DNA of 64,000 nucleotides from Takakia lepidozioides (taxonomy: Eukaryota > Plantae > Bryophyta): the NCBI GenBank assembly GCA_030704615.1, contig CM060732.1, positions 8,742,001 to 8,806,000 of the forward strand, written 5' to 3'. The position numbers and the translations under genes are program-made. Below are positions 12,191-26,570 of the stretch, piece by piece. Numbering within the stretch: the first letter of the stretch is position 1; each line of letters begins with the position of its first letter. A model generated the notes under the pieces. The model had not been told where the DNA came from. It did no database searches and saw only the letters and a program-made list of their open reading frames with translations.

Positions 12191-15100
12191 TGTGCCTCCT
12201 CCAAACGAGGGGTCGCTCCACACAACAAATGAAGGGGCAGGTCAGGTGGCCGTCGCTGCTACCACACGGGAGATAGCCATGGTGGAAGCCTTGGAGCTAT
12301 CTAGCGACAAGGAAAACGAAGAGGAAGAAGGCCGGGTCGCGCGGATGAAAATTCCTGCGAGTCTCATCCAGCAAAATCAAGAGTGCTGGTAGAAGGCTGC
12401 AGATAACCATGAGGCTACGAGAGAGGCCAAGGACCCGGAGGAAAACGAAGGTGCAGAGGCAATTGTGGTTAGAAGAAGCAAGGGCAGTGGAGCCAAGTGT
12501 CCCCCCCAGAATGCCACTGGGAGCTCATAGGTGGGGCAGCAACGCCCCCATCATTGAGGACACCCCACAATTGGAGTTGCTACCATTGATAGTGGTGTGG
12601 CGATGACTAATGTACCCCACCCAAACGCCACGGCATTGGGGAAGGAAAGGGAAGAAGTTGCGCAGGAAATATCTAAAGGAGGGCTTAAGGCCAGGAAAAA
12701 AAATCCGCAAAACAAGACCCGAGCTCAAAACGATGGGCGCAGTAGCACTAGGAGGGGATGGGCCGCCGCCGCAGGAAGCAACCGCCCCAACTCAAAGTAG
12801 GGAGAGGCCATCGTTGGAAGGACTGACACGACCACCGTCTGAGGTACCTCCTCCCCCCTCTTCCTTTGTAGACCTCGTTGACACCGCGGTGTTGCCACCT
12901 GACACCTTCCCTGCTAGGACTTACTCCCCAATGCTTACCTGCTGGCGTTAGAGACCCTACTATATACCATGCCCATACCATAGCCACCCGAGGGGTTGTT
13001 CCTGCCGCTGAGAATGATCATACTGACTCGCCACCAGCTGAGAGCTCCTCCACAACAAGAAGTGTTGACAGCGGAATTCTTCAACGAGTATTGGCGCAAT
13101 ACCAAGGGCACCCTCCGTGACCTAACGACCTTTAAGTTCACCATATGAGACATCCTGTTGAAGGAACCAGTGAATATGCACAGATCGATGCCGGCACGAG
13201 ATGCATCCAACATTATACCTTGCGCTTCTACTACCTGATGGAGATAAGACATGAGCAGCTATGAAACTTTGCTGAGGGCAGCCTGATCCTCTCCCCATGG
13301 TACTAACACCGCCGCACGACCTTCCCTTCCCCATGCGCGAAAGGGAAAGCATGTGTGCATTCACTTGACACCACAATCAAGGACAATCTTCAACCCATGA
13401 TGATGTTGCATGAATTGGTGAACATAATTGAGATGAGTTGTACCTTAATTGTCAAATGATCTATGGAACATAGTGAGGGTGCCAGAACAATGTTATCTTA
13501 TTTAGTATACGGCGGCGGATGGCCGTTATACCTCTGACTCATACTTTGCCTTGGGATAACCCTATAGCGGGCTGGCCTAATCTGAACCCTTGATACATTA
13601 ACGATCAGGATCTGTTGTAATCCGGGCAGCCCATGGCATGCCGCCACGTGGGGGTGCAGCCTTACCCTGGGTTTTGAGTATACGATTCATTCTAACCTCG
13701 GGTCAGGGGTTTTTTCTCGTATGTACAACCTGGTGTATAAGGTGTGACGACAGATATGTCTGGATATGTGCATGCTTAATGTGCAGGTGCTATGGGTTGG
13801 GGTTCTCTACGTGTGTGTCTCTCTTCTTTGCTGCAGGCCTTGCTTTTCCGAGTCTACACACCCCTTTTATTAAGCGAGCCTTAGAGGATAGGCGAATCTC
13901 ATCCCAGCTCGAAAGAAACCTTCATAGCCCTAATGGCACCAAGCTCCAAATCACCCTACCAATTTCCTGTTAATTTTGAATTTTCTTCTGGTGAGCATGC
14001 AAATACCATGCATGAGCACCATTCAGGTTTGAGTTATTTTGAAAATATGAAGATCCCATAGATAGATGGACCTTCATATTTAATCAAGGTCCCCACCCCA
14101 ACCACCAATCTAGACTTGTTACGTAAGCGGTCAACCCAGTCCGGTCAACCCAGTCCTTTCCACCCCAAATTCTAAGAAGCTGGTTTTCTAAAATTCATAA
14201 CTCCCAACTTTGGAAAGTAAAATGGATGCTTTTTCTTGGAGCATATCTAACATGTCAGATCCTTTAAGAATGCTTCAGACTGCATTTAATTTGGATCAGA
14301 TCTGCAAATGTTGTACCCAAAAATGTTGAACTATGCGACCTAAAACGGGTTGCTTAGGCAGTTAACGGTTATTATGTGGACTCCCGAAAATAGGAAAAGA
14401 AAACCCTCCTCAAGGGCTTGACTTGTGGGCTGTCGCTCCTGGGGTTCCCTTTTTGAAAAAAAAGAGAAAAAAAAGAAAAGAAAAAGAAAACCTCCAAAAG
14501 AAAACAGCAAAGGGCAAGGAAAAAAAAGAGGCAGAAGATGTGGATATTCCAGCAGCCGGGCCTCATATCCTTGAATCCTCCCCCCTCCTGCCACGTATGA
14601 ATCCAGCTCTGTGTGCGCAGATTTCCATGAATGCATCATCCCACAGTCTGCGCATGCCATACCTTCATGCATGTGATGTATCACTGTTGGCTAGTTTGGG
14701 TATACCTACATTTGAACAATGCAAACAGATTGCACCCAAAAGTTTCGTTGGGGGTGTGCAGTAAAGAACTCAACAACCCATCTTCTCTCTACAGCAAATA
14801 ACATGCACGATTCCGACTTGCGTGCTTCTGGCCATATATATATGTACTTACCTGAAAACCAAGTGTTTCAACATGCAACGCCAGAACGAGATGGTGATGG
14901 GTTTGCTTTGGACTTGTGGAAACAAAGTGGGTTGTCTTTCTGCAACAACTCCGTCTGGCTACAACAGTGAGATCCAACTGAACAAGTTATAGGAGTCACA
15001 CTGTTTGCCGCTGAAGAAGTTATACTACAGTTTGGTGGGATGGTGATGGACGTGGAGCTGCAGCAGCCAGGCTGCTCTTCACCCTTCAGCGAATGAATGT

Positions 15101-15444
15101 CTGCAGCCCATCAGTGCCATGCAAGAGCAAGAGGATGAATAGCTTTGAGAACGGAGGATGTCGTTCGTCAAGAGTAAGCAGGATTTTATCCATCTGTGGG
15201 TATGGAGCATGTGCAGGGGTGGCATGGATGGCAGTGACACCATTCTTTGGCGTTCATTGTCTGTGTGGCCCGTGCTCGCCCCCTCCTGCTTCTTGCGGGT
15301 GGCATTGGTTATCCCCTGGATCTTTGTCCTCCTGCCAATATAGGCAGTGACAATGGGTTGGAATTGCGGCCAATGAGCTGGAGAAATTTTGTAAAGAAAT
15401 TGAAAGTATAGTGGGTGAGAGGTGGATTCGGCAATTGGGGAGAG

Positions 15445-18400
15445 ATGGCTGCGGTTCTAGCAGCCACAGCTGCGGCACCAGGCCAGAGTTTTTCTGTGCA
15501 TAAATTTGCGTCTGGTGAGCAGGTGTGTGCGAGAAGAGGAGTTCGGGTGGGTGGGCAGGAGCGAGCCATGGGAGAGCTGGTGTGCGTAACGTGTGCGGCC
15601 TGCAAGTGCTCCTACTCTCTCTCCCCCTCTGCATTTTCCACAGTCCGTTCATCCGCCAGTCTTTTGAATGTTAGGGTTTCAGGCAGGGTTTCAGCTCGAC
15701 GAAGCTTTCTTGGGAAAGGATTGCGTTGTGTGAGAGGAACAAGTCGAGGACGAAGACATATGACCAGATGTATGTACGCTGCAGCTGCTTTAACTGAGGA
15801 GGAGGTTTCTGTTTCTGTGAAACCTTTGAATGGTGATGACGATGGGGGTCCCTTGCCTCCTCTTTCATCCAAGCCAGTTTTGACAATGACTCCCCCTCCT
15901 AGAAAAAAAGAAGTCGATGACACCCCGTCATTGAAGCCAGCTCCAAAGCCTGCATTACAACTTCGTGTTAAGGGTTCTCCTGCTCCGCAGCAACCAGCAA
16001 GCGGTGGCACTCCTAATGGATTTAGGCCCACACCACGAACTGATGTAGATAACACTAGTAAGCGCATTGCTCGACAGGCAGAATTGGATGGAACTAATCC
16101 CAATTCCTACAAGGTAGCATTTAGGCCTGGAGACAGACCCCCCAGGGTTGCCAGCAACAACACTGTTGTCACGGATTCTGGTGCTGCTGTCCAGTCACTG
16201 GGTGAAATTTTGGAAAAAGTCGAGAAGCTAGGCGTATCTGCTCGGCCTGAAGCAGGAAGGGCACAAACAGGGAATGTGTCTGAAGGATTGTCGAATCGAC
16301 CAGCCTCGGTACGACAGCCAGGGGCATGGTGGCCAGGAAAGCCCCAAGAGAAGCCAAAGCCCACGGCTGGAGGTGGGAATGCAGTAATCTCGGAAAGCAG
16401 ACCTCCTGTCTCGGGGACGCCCGCAGAAGCAAGCACATCTTCTGGGACAAACGGGGCTGCTACTGCCAATCGACCCCAACCACCAAAACCAGAGCCACCT
16501 ACTCCGAGAGCTCAAGCAAAACCTGTGTTGGCGCGACCAAAACCCTTGCTGGCACAACCGAAACCTGTGTTGCGACCACGTCCGCCACCCGTTGATGCTA
16601 CAGCAGTGAGACCAAGGCCACCAACTGAAGGAGGTGTAGGAGCTGTAAGAAAAGGACCAGTATTGAGGGACATTGGAGCTGCGCCAAAGACGGTGCGTGG
16701 ATCTGTGGACCCTGCTGTCGCAGCAGCAGCTGCAGCACCACCTAAAGCCTTCTCAAAGGCTGCCCCCACAAAGGTGAGTGAACAAACCATGAAGATAAGA
16801 GTGTTTTTTTTTTGTGATTTCCTTTAATATTGTTTTTGAAACAAGACTCCAATGCAGATGCTATTTGACAAGGGCACTGCAAGTTGAAAAATTGACACAG
16901 TTGGTTTGGTCTTCTCACCTTCAGACCAAGTTGGAGATGCATTAACACTCGTCCCGGCAGTGAGATTGAGGTATGAGTGCGCACGCATACTAGAAGACAG
17001 CACTTCATGCCTACAGTTCTGGTAGAGGCATGAAGGGCTTTGATACACCTTCTTAAAGCATTTCTTTATTGGCTTCTCCCCAATATTATTATTAATGTTG
17101 CACACGCACCCTGGATAATTTTGGAAGGGCAAAGAAGACTGGCGCAAGAAAGCAAACAATGCCTCAGATGGGGCAAAGAGGAGGGTGGCGGCCCGGGACA
17201 AGGAATCACTAGATGTTGTTTCTGCGGATTTGAACATTGACATTCCAGGTGCCCCAGCCGCTCGCCGAGGTGGGAGAAAGATGAACAAGGCTAGCCGGAA
17301 AGCTATACGTGTGGAGGCCGCCAAAGCAGCAGCACCAGTAAGGGTTGACATTTTGGAGGTCGGAAAGGAGGGCCTTTCATGCCAAGACTTGGCGCAGAAG
17401 CTTGCAATCAATGACAGTGAAATTGTCAAAGTTTTATTTATGAAGGGCCTTGCAACTACAGTGACTCAGACACTTGATGAGGAAACTGTGAGACTTGTCT
17501 GCAAGGAGTTTGATGTTGGGGTTGTGGAGGCCGGGACTCGGAAAGTTGAAGACATGGCGAAGAAAACAACGGAGTTTTTGGACGAAGAGGACCTGGATCA
17601 CCTTTTGTCACGCCCACCAGTCGTCACAATCATGGGCCATGTGGACCATGGCAAGGTAATGACTTTCTGCTATCTAGAGGTTATACAAATACTATTCAGA
17701 GCATTGCAAGTTGGTTAGGAGAGTTTCAGGAGCTTTAGGGCGCTGGCAACTGCTCTTAAGGACAGCAGAGTCTGAATTGGCGCATATCTACAATTTTTAA
17801 GTTGCAGATAGATTTTGGTCACGAAGATTGCAACAAGGGAGTGGGTTAAGGCAATTGTAGCTTTGTCGAGTTGCCGCTTGTCACCTGGAATTGTGATGAT
17901 CATGGATTTTGTTTGTAACTCTGGTGTCAAGTACTTGTATGTGACATTCATTAAGATTCATAAGTTTTCATGCTGAAACTGCCACATCAGCAACTCAGAA
18001 CTGTCATTGGTTATCCAACCTTTGGTCCTATGTTCGGCAATCTTAAGTGATTTTTGCGCGGTTTGTGTTGTCTCCAGACATCGCTGCTGGACTTCATCAG
18101 GAAATCTAAGGTATGTCAAAGTCTCACTCTCTCTTTGATACTGGGTCCCTCACAGTCCACAATTGGGTTTGATTTTACCGGGATCCTCTGTTCAGGATAG
18201 GCCCCCTTCCAGATCCAATTGTGTGCTGTAAACTGATCAGTGTATGAAACCCAGCAGAGACTGCCTTAGTAGTTCATCAGGGCTGTCTTGGATTGTAGGA
18301 ACAGTTCTTTTTACGGTATCCTTCCATTCTATAGAAAACCCCTCACTAGTAGAGTTAGATTCACGACCAAGAAGGCTATAGTACGGTTCAAAGGTTTTCA

Positions 18401-21400
18401 CAATCTCAACCGTAGAAGTCACCACTGCACCCTTGTTATTCCTTCAAGCGTGTACTTGCTGATCATTTTTCAGCCTGTACAAACGCTGTAAGGCCAACCA
18501 GAGAAATATACACCCAGTGTTCAATTGGGAGAGCGAAAGAGAGAGATGTGAGGTTGGATCCAGATGATGAAGACAAAGCCACCAGAGCAAGGCCACTTGG
18601 TCCACAAGAGCCCTTCAACATGGTGGGTTGTATGTCATAGGTACACTGGTGGTTCTTGTTGCAATGTCCTGGAAGAAAGGCTTTTTCTGGTTTGGCCCTC
18701 CCAGGGTTGTAAGTGTCCTAGTCTTTTGGAGCTATCTTTTTCTTCGTGGGCAGAATGGTCATCTTGTGACCTCTGCCTGTTTTCCCCATTCTGTTGGGCT
18801 TGCTGCTTCGTGGAAGGTTTTGCTTACCACTCTCCACTTGTCTGTTTTCACTGTTTATGTCTATCTGCCTGCTGGCTTGTCAAGGTTATGATCAAGGTCT
18901 TCTCCTGATTAATTTGCTTCAAGTGTGTTCTCCACATCCCTTACCAAAAAGAAAGAGCGGGAAAGCGAGGAGACAGGATCATAATTATGGATGTAGATTG
19001 TTAGCTATTTGCAGCCATTTTTCCTGTGGGTGGGTGGGCATTCTTAAGCATGGGGGGGTTGGATTTCTAGGTGGCGGCTGGAGAGGCAGGAGGCATCACA
19101 CAGGGTATTGGAGCATATCGTGTGTTAGTGCAAGTTCAAGATCAACAGCAAGCCTGTGTCTTTCTTGACACTCCGGGACATCAGGTTGGATGGAGAACAT
19201 CTTCTATTATCCCTTGCCACATACATGTTTGACAGCCCACTGCCATCTATGGTCAAATGTCGAGAATAAATTTGAATATGCCAACTGAAAGATTGGTGGC
19301 TCCAAATTCTTTGACAGCCCAGGCCTTATCCCATCATAGACAAGTTATTGGTGTTGGTTGGAGGTTCACGGAGTGAAGTTATGCTAGACTGCCTCGCATC
19401 ACATCTCTAATTCATTCAAAATGATTCTGGGTTTTACTAACTCAGACCATTTTTGTTATAGCCATTGTCAGCAAGTCTTGGCAGTCTTAGGAATGATTTG
19501 CGGCAATGTCTGTGAACAGACAAAATGGCCTCTCTTTGCCCAATACTGGAGGGTGCTAGTGCCATGCCCCTATGCAGAATTGAGATCATTATTAAGCACT
19601 TAGCTTTACCCAATGGTTATTGGTTTGCTCTTAAGCTCTCAAGGCCCAGAAAATGGGGATGCCAGTGCTATTTTCCTTTCTAACTAATAGAATTGAACCA
19701 AACATTGGCTGCTTTGGAACTTCTAGGGCTGTTTGGATTGAAAGTTCACTTAGACAATTGGTTTAAGTTTCTTGCTAGGCAGTTGAGTTTAGGGTTTGGA
19801 ATAGTTTTATGTACTTGTTTGACTAATTGCAATTCCATGTTGTGTAGGCATTCAGTGCAATGCGGGCTCGAGGGGCAAGGGTTACAGATATTGCTGTCAT
19901 TGTAGTGGCTGCTGATGACGGCGTGCGACCGCAGTCCTTGGAAGCTATAGCCCATGCCAAGGCTGCCAATGTTCCGATTGTCATTGCAATTAACAAGGTG
20001 GGGTCTAGTGACTGATCCAGTTTGAATGAAAAGCCTTTGGTTTGGCTTGGTTGATTTTTGGTCTCTCAGCCTAACCTAGTATTACATTAGGGGAAAGGTA
20101 GTTCCTGCCATCAGTACAATAAGGTGGTAGAACTTTCTGTCATGGGATTTTGCAACTAAAGGAAACAATGGAAGAGACTTTACCTGCTAGTGCATGTTGT
20201 TTCTTGTTTGATGCTCCTTGCCTTTACCAAATTGGTTAGTGACATTTTTTGAAAGTCAAGAGTACTTGCATGCTGTTTCCCAGCAACACAGTACCTTACA
20301 GTGCTAGCATTAGTGTTTGCAGGAGCGTTACCAGTTGACACATTACTACTTTAGCACAGCACTAGAGTGCAAATCTTCCTGGAAAGTCCTAAGTCATGGA
20401 ATTTGACCTGCTATTAACATGGGAATGTCTGATAAGACGTTTTGGGTAGGTTTAAGTCTGAATGCACTCGTCTGAACTTTTCTGTTGGGATCATTTAGTT
20501 GTAAGGGTACCCGCTATTGCTTTTTTATGGCTAAGCTCTAACCACTCTGGTTGGTGTTTCCAGATAGACAAGGAGGGAGCCAACCCAGACCGGGTGATGC
20601 AAGAGCTTTCTGCCCATGGGCTTTTCCCAGAGGACTGGGGTGGTGATGTCCCCATGGTGCAGGTGTGTTCATTTCTCAGACAACAAAGGGCTTTGGCCAA
20701 GGTCACTGGCTTGGTTTGAAGCTGTTGTATTTGGAATTCAGATTTTTGTGAACTGTATCAGTTTCAATTGAATCACCCACTTTTTGTCCCAGATATTCTA
20801 TGGACTACTCTATTTGAGCATTGCTACAGTCTTCCAGGTTCTCTGATGATAAAGTGAATATTAACAAAAGTTCCTCTTGAAGAATTATGTTAGATCATTC
20901 TCTCTGCTTTTTTCCTTTGTTGGAGCAGAGGAGATGAGTTGAAGTCATGGGTGAGGTGGTACATTGTGCAGACCTTGGTAGGGAGTCTTTTAGTGTAAAA
21001 TCTGCTCAGTATGCCTAGGATGCCCACAGATCTGGATTTGTTTGAGGGTGCCCGAGTATGAGGATCATTGACATCCTTAATTGGGCCTGTCTATTGGGTC
21101 GCCAGGTTAGTGCTGTCACTGGAGCAAATGTGGAGATCTTGTTGGAAACCATCATGCTGGTTGCTGAGGTAATTAGTTGGACCATTTAATATTATGTGTC
21201 GTTTCTGTAGTTAGGATGTTTTACCTTGTTTTTCCTTTTTCACCTCATGCTCTGATGATTCAGGTTGGAAGTATGAGTACCCAAGCATTCATGCCAGCTA
21301 TCGGCATCATGATACACTTTCAGTATGTTCTGAGGTTGAATTGTGGACAGAACAAGCTCAAGCCTGAAGTTTGTCATTGTAGATGTATTTACAGTGGTTT

Positions 21401-24124
21401 TATGCTGGCATCTCTAAAGTTTGCAAGTAAGAGTCCAGTAGAATGCATCCAGTAGTAATGGGGAAAGCTGGGGAATGTGTGCAGTTCCAAGATTTGAAGG
21501 CCAATCCTGATCGCAGTGCCAAGGGCACAGTCATTGAAGCAAGCTTGGACAAAACGAGGGGGGCGATCTCCACTTTACTAGTTCAAAATGGCACTCTTCG
21601 GAGAGGGGATGTTGTGCTCTGTGGCGAGTCATATGGAAAGGTATGTGTCAGAGGTTTATTGTCCATTCTTGTCTGGTGCTTGTAGGTCGAAACAGAACCC
21701 TTCCCTCTTATCTAGATCATCCTCTGCCCATTGTGCTATAGCAAGTGTACACCTCTCTGTCATAGTGGTACAGTGAGCCTTCTAAAACTCAATAGCAAGG
21801 TAAGCACATGCCATGAGTACTCTCTAGGGATAACAACCGCATTGACATCTTGTGGACATTTGTCCTGGCTATAGGTGCGTGCCTTACTGGATGATACTGG
21901 AGCCCGTGTGGATGAAGCTGGGCCTTCTACAGCTGTGCAGGTATGTACTGGGCCGGCCTGTCTGTGTGTAGTTAAGTATCTGTTTAGGGCTTACTGCCTG
22001 CAGCATTCAGAATCTGCAGGGTGCACTTACATGTACAGTATAGCCCTAGAGTTACCATCTTTATCACTGCACAGGAAACTCTGAAGGAAAAATGAGGAAC
22101 AATAGTTTAAAAAATCTGTCTCTCAATGTGCACTCCTTTGGTTGGCAGATAATGGGATTGAGCACTGTGCCAGTGGCTGGTGACAAGTTTGAGATTTTGG
22201 ATACTCTGGATGAAGCAAGAGAAAGGGCAGCTGAGAAGGCTATGATAATAAGAAACGCAAGGCTCTCAGCTCAGGCTGGTGAGGGCAAGGTCACGCTTCA
22301 CTCGTTTGCTAATGCAGTGGCAGCTGGTCAAGAGACAGGTGTAGAGCAACATCAATTGAACCTGGTGTTGAAGGTGGATGCTCAGGTACATCAAAATCCA
22401 TGGGCTGTTCTGAACTGTAAAAGACGGTCCATTTGCTCTTGGGTTGCAGAAGAGAACAGGCATGTTGGGAGGACAGTCAGTTATTGAAAAAATGAGCTGC
22501 CAGTCTGCCTCCATTCTCTTTCACCTCCCCTTCCCCTTTCATCTCTGCCTTCTGATTCAGAATGGTGGCCTCTGACAGGGTACGGTGGAGGCAATCAGAG
22601 AAGCACTTCAAACACTCCCACAAGACACAGTTTCTCTGCGATTCTTAATGCAATCAGCAGGTGATATTAGTGCAAGTGACATTGACCTGGCAGTTGCCAG
22701 TGAGGCAATTGTGGTGGGCTTCAATGTAGGCTTACAGCCAGGTGTTCAGGCACAGGCAGATAATGAAGGTGTCGAAATTCGATTGTACAGAGTCATTTAT
22801 GACCTTGTTGATGAGATCCGAACAGCCATGGAGGGGCTCCTGGGCTCTGCTGAGGTGATCTTCAAACCCCTCTTGAAGTTGTAACAATGGGCAAGTGATT
22901 AAAAGGGCAACATCAAAGTCTTGTGTGCAGGCCTTTTGGACTTCTTAAAATATTATCTCCCATCAAACTTGCCTAGCAGTGGTTGAATTTTGTCACCTGT
23001 AGGCCTTCTGCTTCATAAGGAGAGTTTTGTCAACTACAGCCTTACTTTACTGGATAGTGCGAGAATATGGAAGGGGTTTCTGTTGGTTTCTGACTTCCAA
23101 GGAGTAAGGCTTCAATCACTCTTAGAAGTGGTTGCCATTACCAAGACCTGTACCATAAAGGTGTCCTAGTTGTGGTCAATAAAACATTTGTCTGTAATTC
23201 TCGTTGGTTTTCGTGACACTTGAAAGAAACTGAATGTGATGGCTTGCTAGCGCATCATCAATCTCATGATCAAGTATGTATTCGGCTGCAGGAGGAAGTA
23301 CCGATTGGGCTAGCAGAGGTGAGAGCTGTGTTTGGTGCTGGCAGCGGAAAGGTAGCTGGGTGCATGGTTACTGAGGGAAAGTTAGTGAAGGGCTGTGGAG
23401 TCCATGTCATGCGTGGGGGCACAGTAGCCCATGTTGGCACCATAGACTCACTACGACGAGTGAAGGAACTTGCCAAGGAGGTGGGTTTTGTTCTGATCCT
23501 TCCTGGTACCCTCACATGGTCTGGAGTTTTTCTTCAATCCCTCTTCCTAGATATTTATGTAGTCGAATCAGGGTCAATTAATTTTTCCCCCCTGTAGAGG
23601 TAAGGACTGGGGGTGAATGGGCAGTGTGGACCTCCTGTCAGGTCACCTGACTCCTTCACATTCTCTTAGTCTCCTTGGATACCGTCTACAGCCTTTCTTC
23701 TTCCCTCTCCTGCCTGTCAGATCACTACTATTATCTAGCATGTATTGATCACTCCATCTGATTATTCCATGCTTAGGTAGGGTTTCCAAGGGCAGGTGTG
23801 GTACATGGTATTTAGCACAGATGCCTTGGCAGTTTTCTTTTGGATTGTAACAAGGTTTGTAGGAAATTATTCATAACAATGTCAGGAGTGGGTGATAGTA
23901 GACAACTCTGGATTTTGAAACTGATGCACTTAAGAGGCATGTTGGGTGTGGTTGTACAGGTTGTCGCCGGACTGGAGTGCGGTCTTGGCATTGATGGCTA
24001 TAATGAATGGCAAGAAGGCGACGCTGTGGCTGCCTTTAACAAGGTCGCCAAGAGACGGACTCTGGAAGATGCTTCAGTCACAGTGACAGCTGCTGTTGTA
24101 GCAAACACCAGCAGGTCCTTGTGA
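15445..24124 (+). CDS. infB: Translation initiation factor IF-2, chloroplastic (~1091 aa). Exons: 15445-15514, 15644-16773, 17128-17655, 18078-18110, 19071-19184, 19848-19997, 20564-20662, 21106-21168, 21485-21640, 21875-21940, 22149-22385, 22579-22854, 23292-23480, 23960-24124
   Basis: [15 protein letters not shown]|[37 protein letters not shown]|ID, EDWGGD, GLECG. All introns are GT-AG and phases give a continuous frame. S/R/A-rich transit-peptide-like N-terminus. Likely ortholog of Arabidopsis FUG1/cpIF2. Confidence 0.95.
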
Positions 24125-26570
24125 CTCGGTCTGTGAAGTTTTCAGTATCTTTTCTCTTTGCTCGATCGTCTTTCTGTGGGGGCATTTACTTTCCACTTAA
24201 GTCTCTCAAAATTACTTTCATCAACTTGCACCATCTTGTTTATCAAAGCCTACCAACTTTATCTCCAATACATGGGCACATCAGCACCCAAGGCAGGCTT
24301 GAGAGCGCACTCCGCCCCTGCAACGCCCCCCACATTTGGCATTGTACCCATCATCAGCGATGGAATGTTGACATATCTCGTCACATTTGGAGGCTTCTGC
24401 TCATTGGAAAGCTGGGCCTCAGTGTGAACCTGGAGACAGGGTCAGCTTCCGTAGGATAAATCTGATTAGAGTTTGCATACTTGTAGTTGTATGAAGTTGA
24501 AGGTAGCTAGTGAGATCAGACCTTGGCCTCTTCTTTAAGCCTCAGGTTCTGCCAGATTAGATGTGTTGCAAGGACAATTATTTGGTCACTTTCCCCATGA
24601 ACTCGTTGACACTATTGATGGGTATGAACAGCTATCCTGTGTACATGATCTGTGCTTCTCTGCTAAAGCGACTTCCCTCTTGATTGTAATGGTATTGACG
24701 TTTTAGAGGATCTGGGTCTTGTCATCTTTGCTGTTACAGACCATGGGTGAGTAGTGAAAGGTATGTACCCGCCTCTTCTTCACCCCAGCATGGCTTTTGT
24801 GGACTTTGCAGAGTATGTAGGCATCCCTTTGTTTGCTTCCTTTTTCGCACTTCTGTCCTCCATTGTTCGCAGCTTCGATCCATCATCCTACCTACCAGCA
24901 GCAACGTAGATGTTTGATAGCCAACCCATAAGGTCCTGCTTCCTGTGGATCACTCTTGGTAAGGCAATGTCCACACATCATTCCATTGGGAATCCCCATG
25001 ATTCACCAGGCACAAATCAGCCACATGCACACTTTCATAGTGGTTTGCTGCTGGGTATTATTCTGCAGTTGAACAAGTAGGTACTTTCAATGAAATATTG
25101 TTAAGGTGAAAACTTCCATAGTTCTCTCTTGTATGCTCTCTTCAACACTCCTTGCACAGACTATTTGCTATGAAACCACCTGATGGCTAGGTCACACTTG
25201 GGTAGAGCTATACAGTGATCCCTCAGGACCAGGGAAGGCAAACATTAATTTCCCCATATGTGCTGAGTGAGTCCATATGTGCATTCATACTTGAATGATG
25301 TGGAGGAGCAAGAGTTGTCTCTTTGCCACCACCACAAGTAGCTGGACATGGTGTTTGGGATGATGAGTACTTTCCCTGGGATGCCTAACCACCTATCAAT
25401 CCCTTGGGAAACTGCCACCATGTTCATCTCGAGGTTGTTGGGTGAGCAATGGTTGAAAGGGGTGCCAAACATTAATGAGTTTTGATTACGCCCATACTGT
25501 TTGCTTTCACTGGTTGATCGAGAATCTAAGGTGTGATCTGAGAGCAGTACTTGGACACCTGGGCTGCAGCCCGCCATCCACCTCCTGTACCAGTCCTGAT
25601 CCACCATGGCTGCTTCTCCACCTCTACTTGTACCAATGTCTTTCTTCAAGCTAACCTTCACTATACCCACGTTAACTGCAAAGCAAAACCTCATCGTATC
25701 TGCTTCAAATCATTGTTCTGTTGTGTTGTTGACACAGTTTCTTTGCTTGGGATGTTTCTCATGCAAGGTCAAAAGCAAACTCATATAGTAGTCTGTTTAA
25801 TGGACCGTACTATTGCACTTCTCATGTTGGAAAGCTCCAACATGACATAAGCTGTGTGACATAAGCTCCAACTATCTGGGTAGATGAATGGCACCGTCAC
25901 ACTGTATGTTAAGTTGGGTGTGAACTATGTGCATCCAACTTCTATGCATATGGCAAAGAGGTGTTGACCCGTTACACCTACTTGTGTAATGCAACATGTT
26001 ACTCCCTCCAGAAGCGTTGGCCAACATATTAAGGGAATTATCAGAAGCACTCACATCCATTCCATATCTTAAAAGCAACCACTCTGTACAGAAATGGCCA
26101 GTGACTAGCAACTGGTGCCGGTAGATCCTCTTTGATCATTTATGGATGACCAAGCTTTTCACAAATGTACACGAAATTTGTTTTGTACCCCACAGAGCAA
26201 GCGTAGTGATGTCTCTGACCCCTCAGGCATGCCCGGGCATACGTACTAGTATATCAAACTAAACCAAGGAAACTTATCTGTGATAAGCAAGGTTATATAA
26301 AACAGCGGTACAACCTGTCATTTTGGAAAACCAATCCTTGATGTCACTGTCTGAAACAAGATTGCTACACCAACATTCACCAACCAAGCACTGTTTCAGA
26401 GGTGTGGAAGAGATCTAGGAAGCTTCTCAATGCCCAAAGCATCCCAGATTTGTGAAGGTGGGCTATGTGTGATCAGGTAGACATGGACCCAGATAAACCT
26501 AAATATGGTGAAGCTCTAGGGTAACTTTCTATCCATTCTCGCTTGCTTACAAGAAAATCATGAATGGAGC

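Noticed and set aside
12190-14100. Plus-strand ORF remnants and a possible LTR fragment (~13615-14100)
   Set aside because: No recognisable domain, no matching second LTR or PBS; cannot be assigned.
24600-26200. Possible decayed coding fragments between the two genes
   Set aside because: Short ORFs with no identifiable motif or consistent splice structure.
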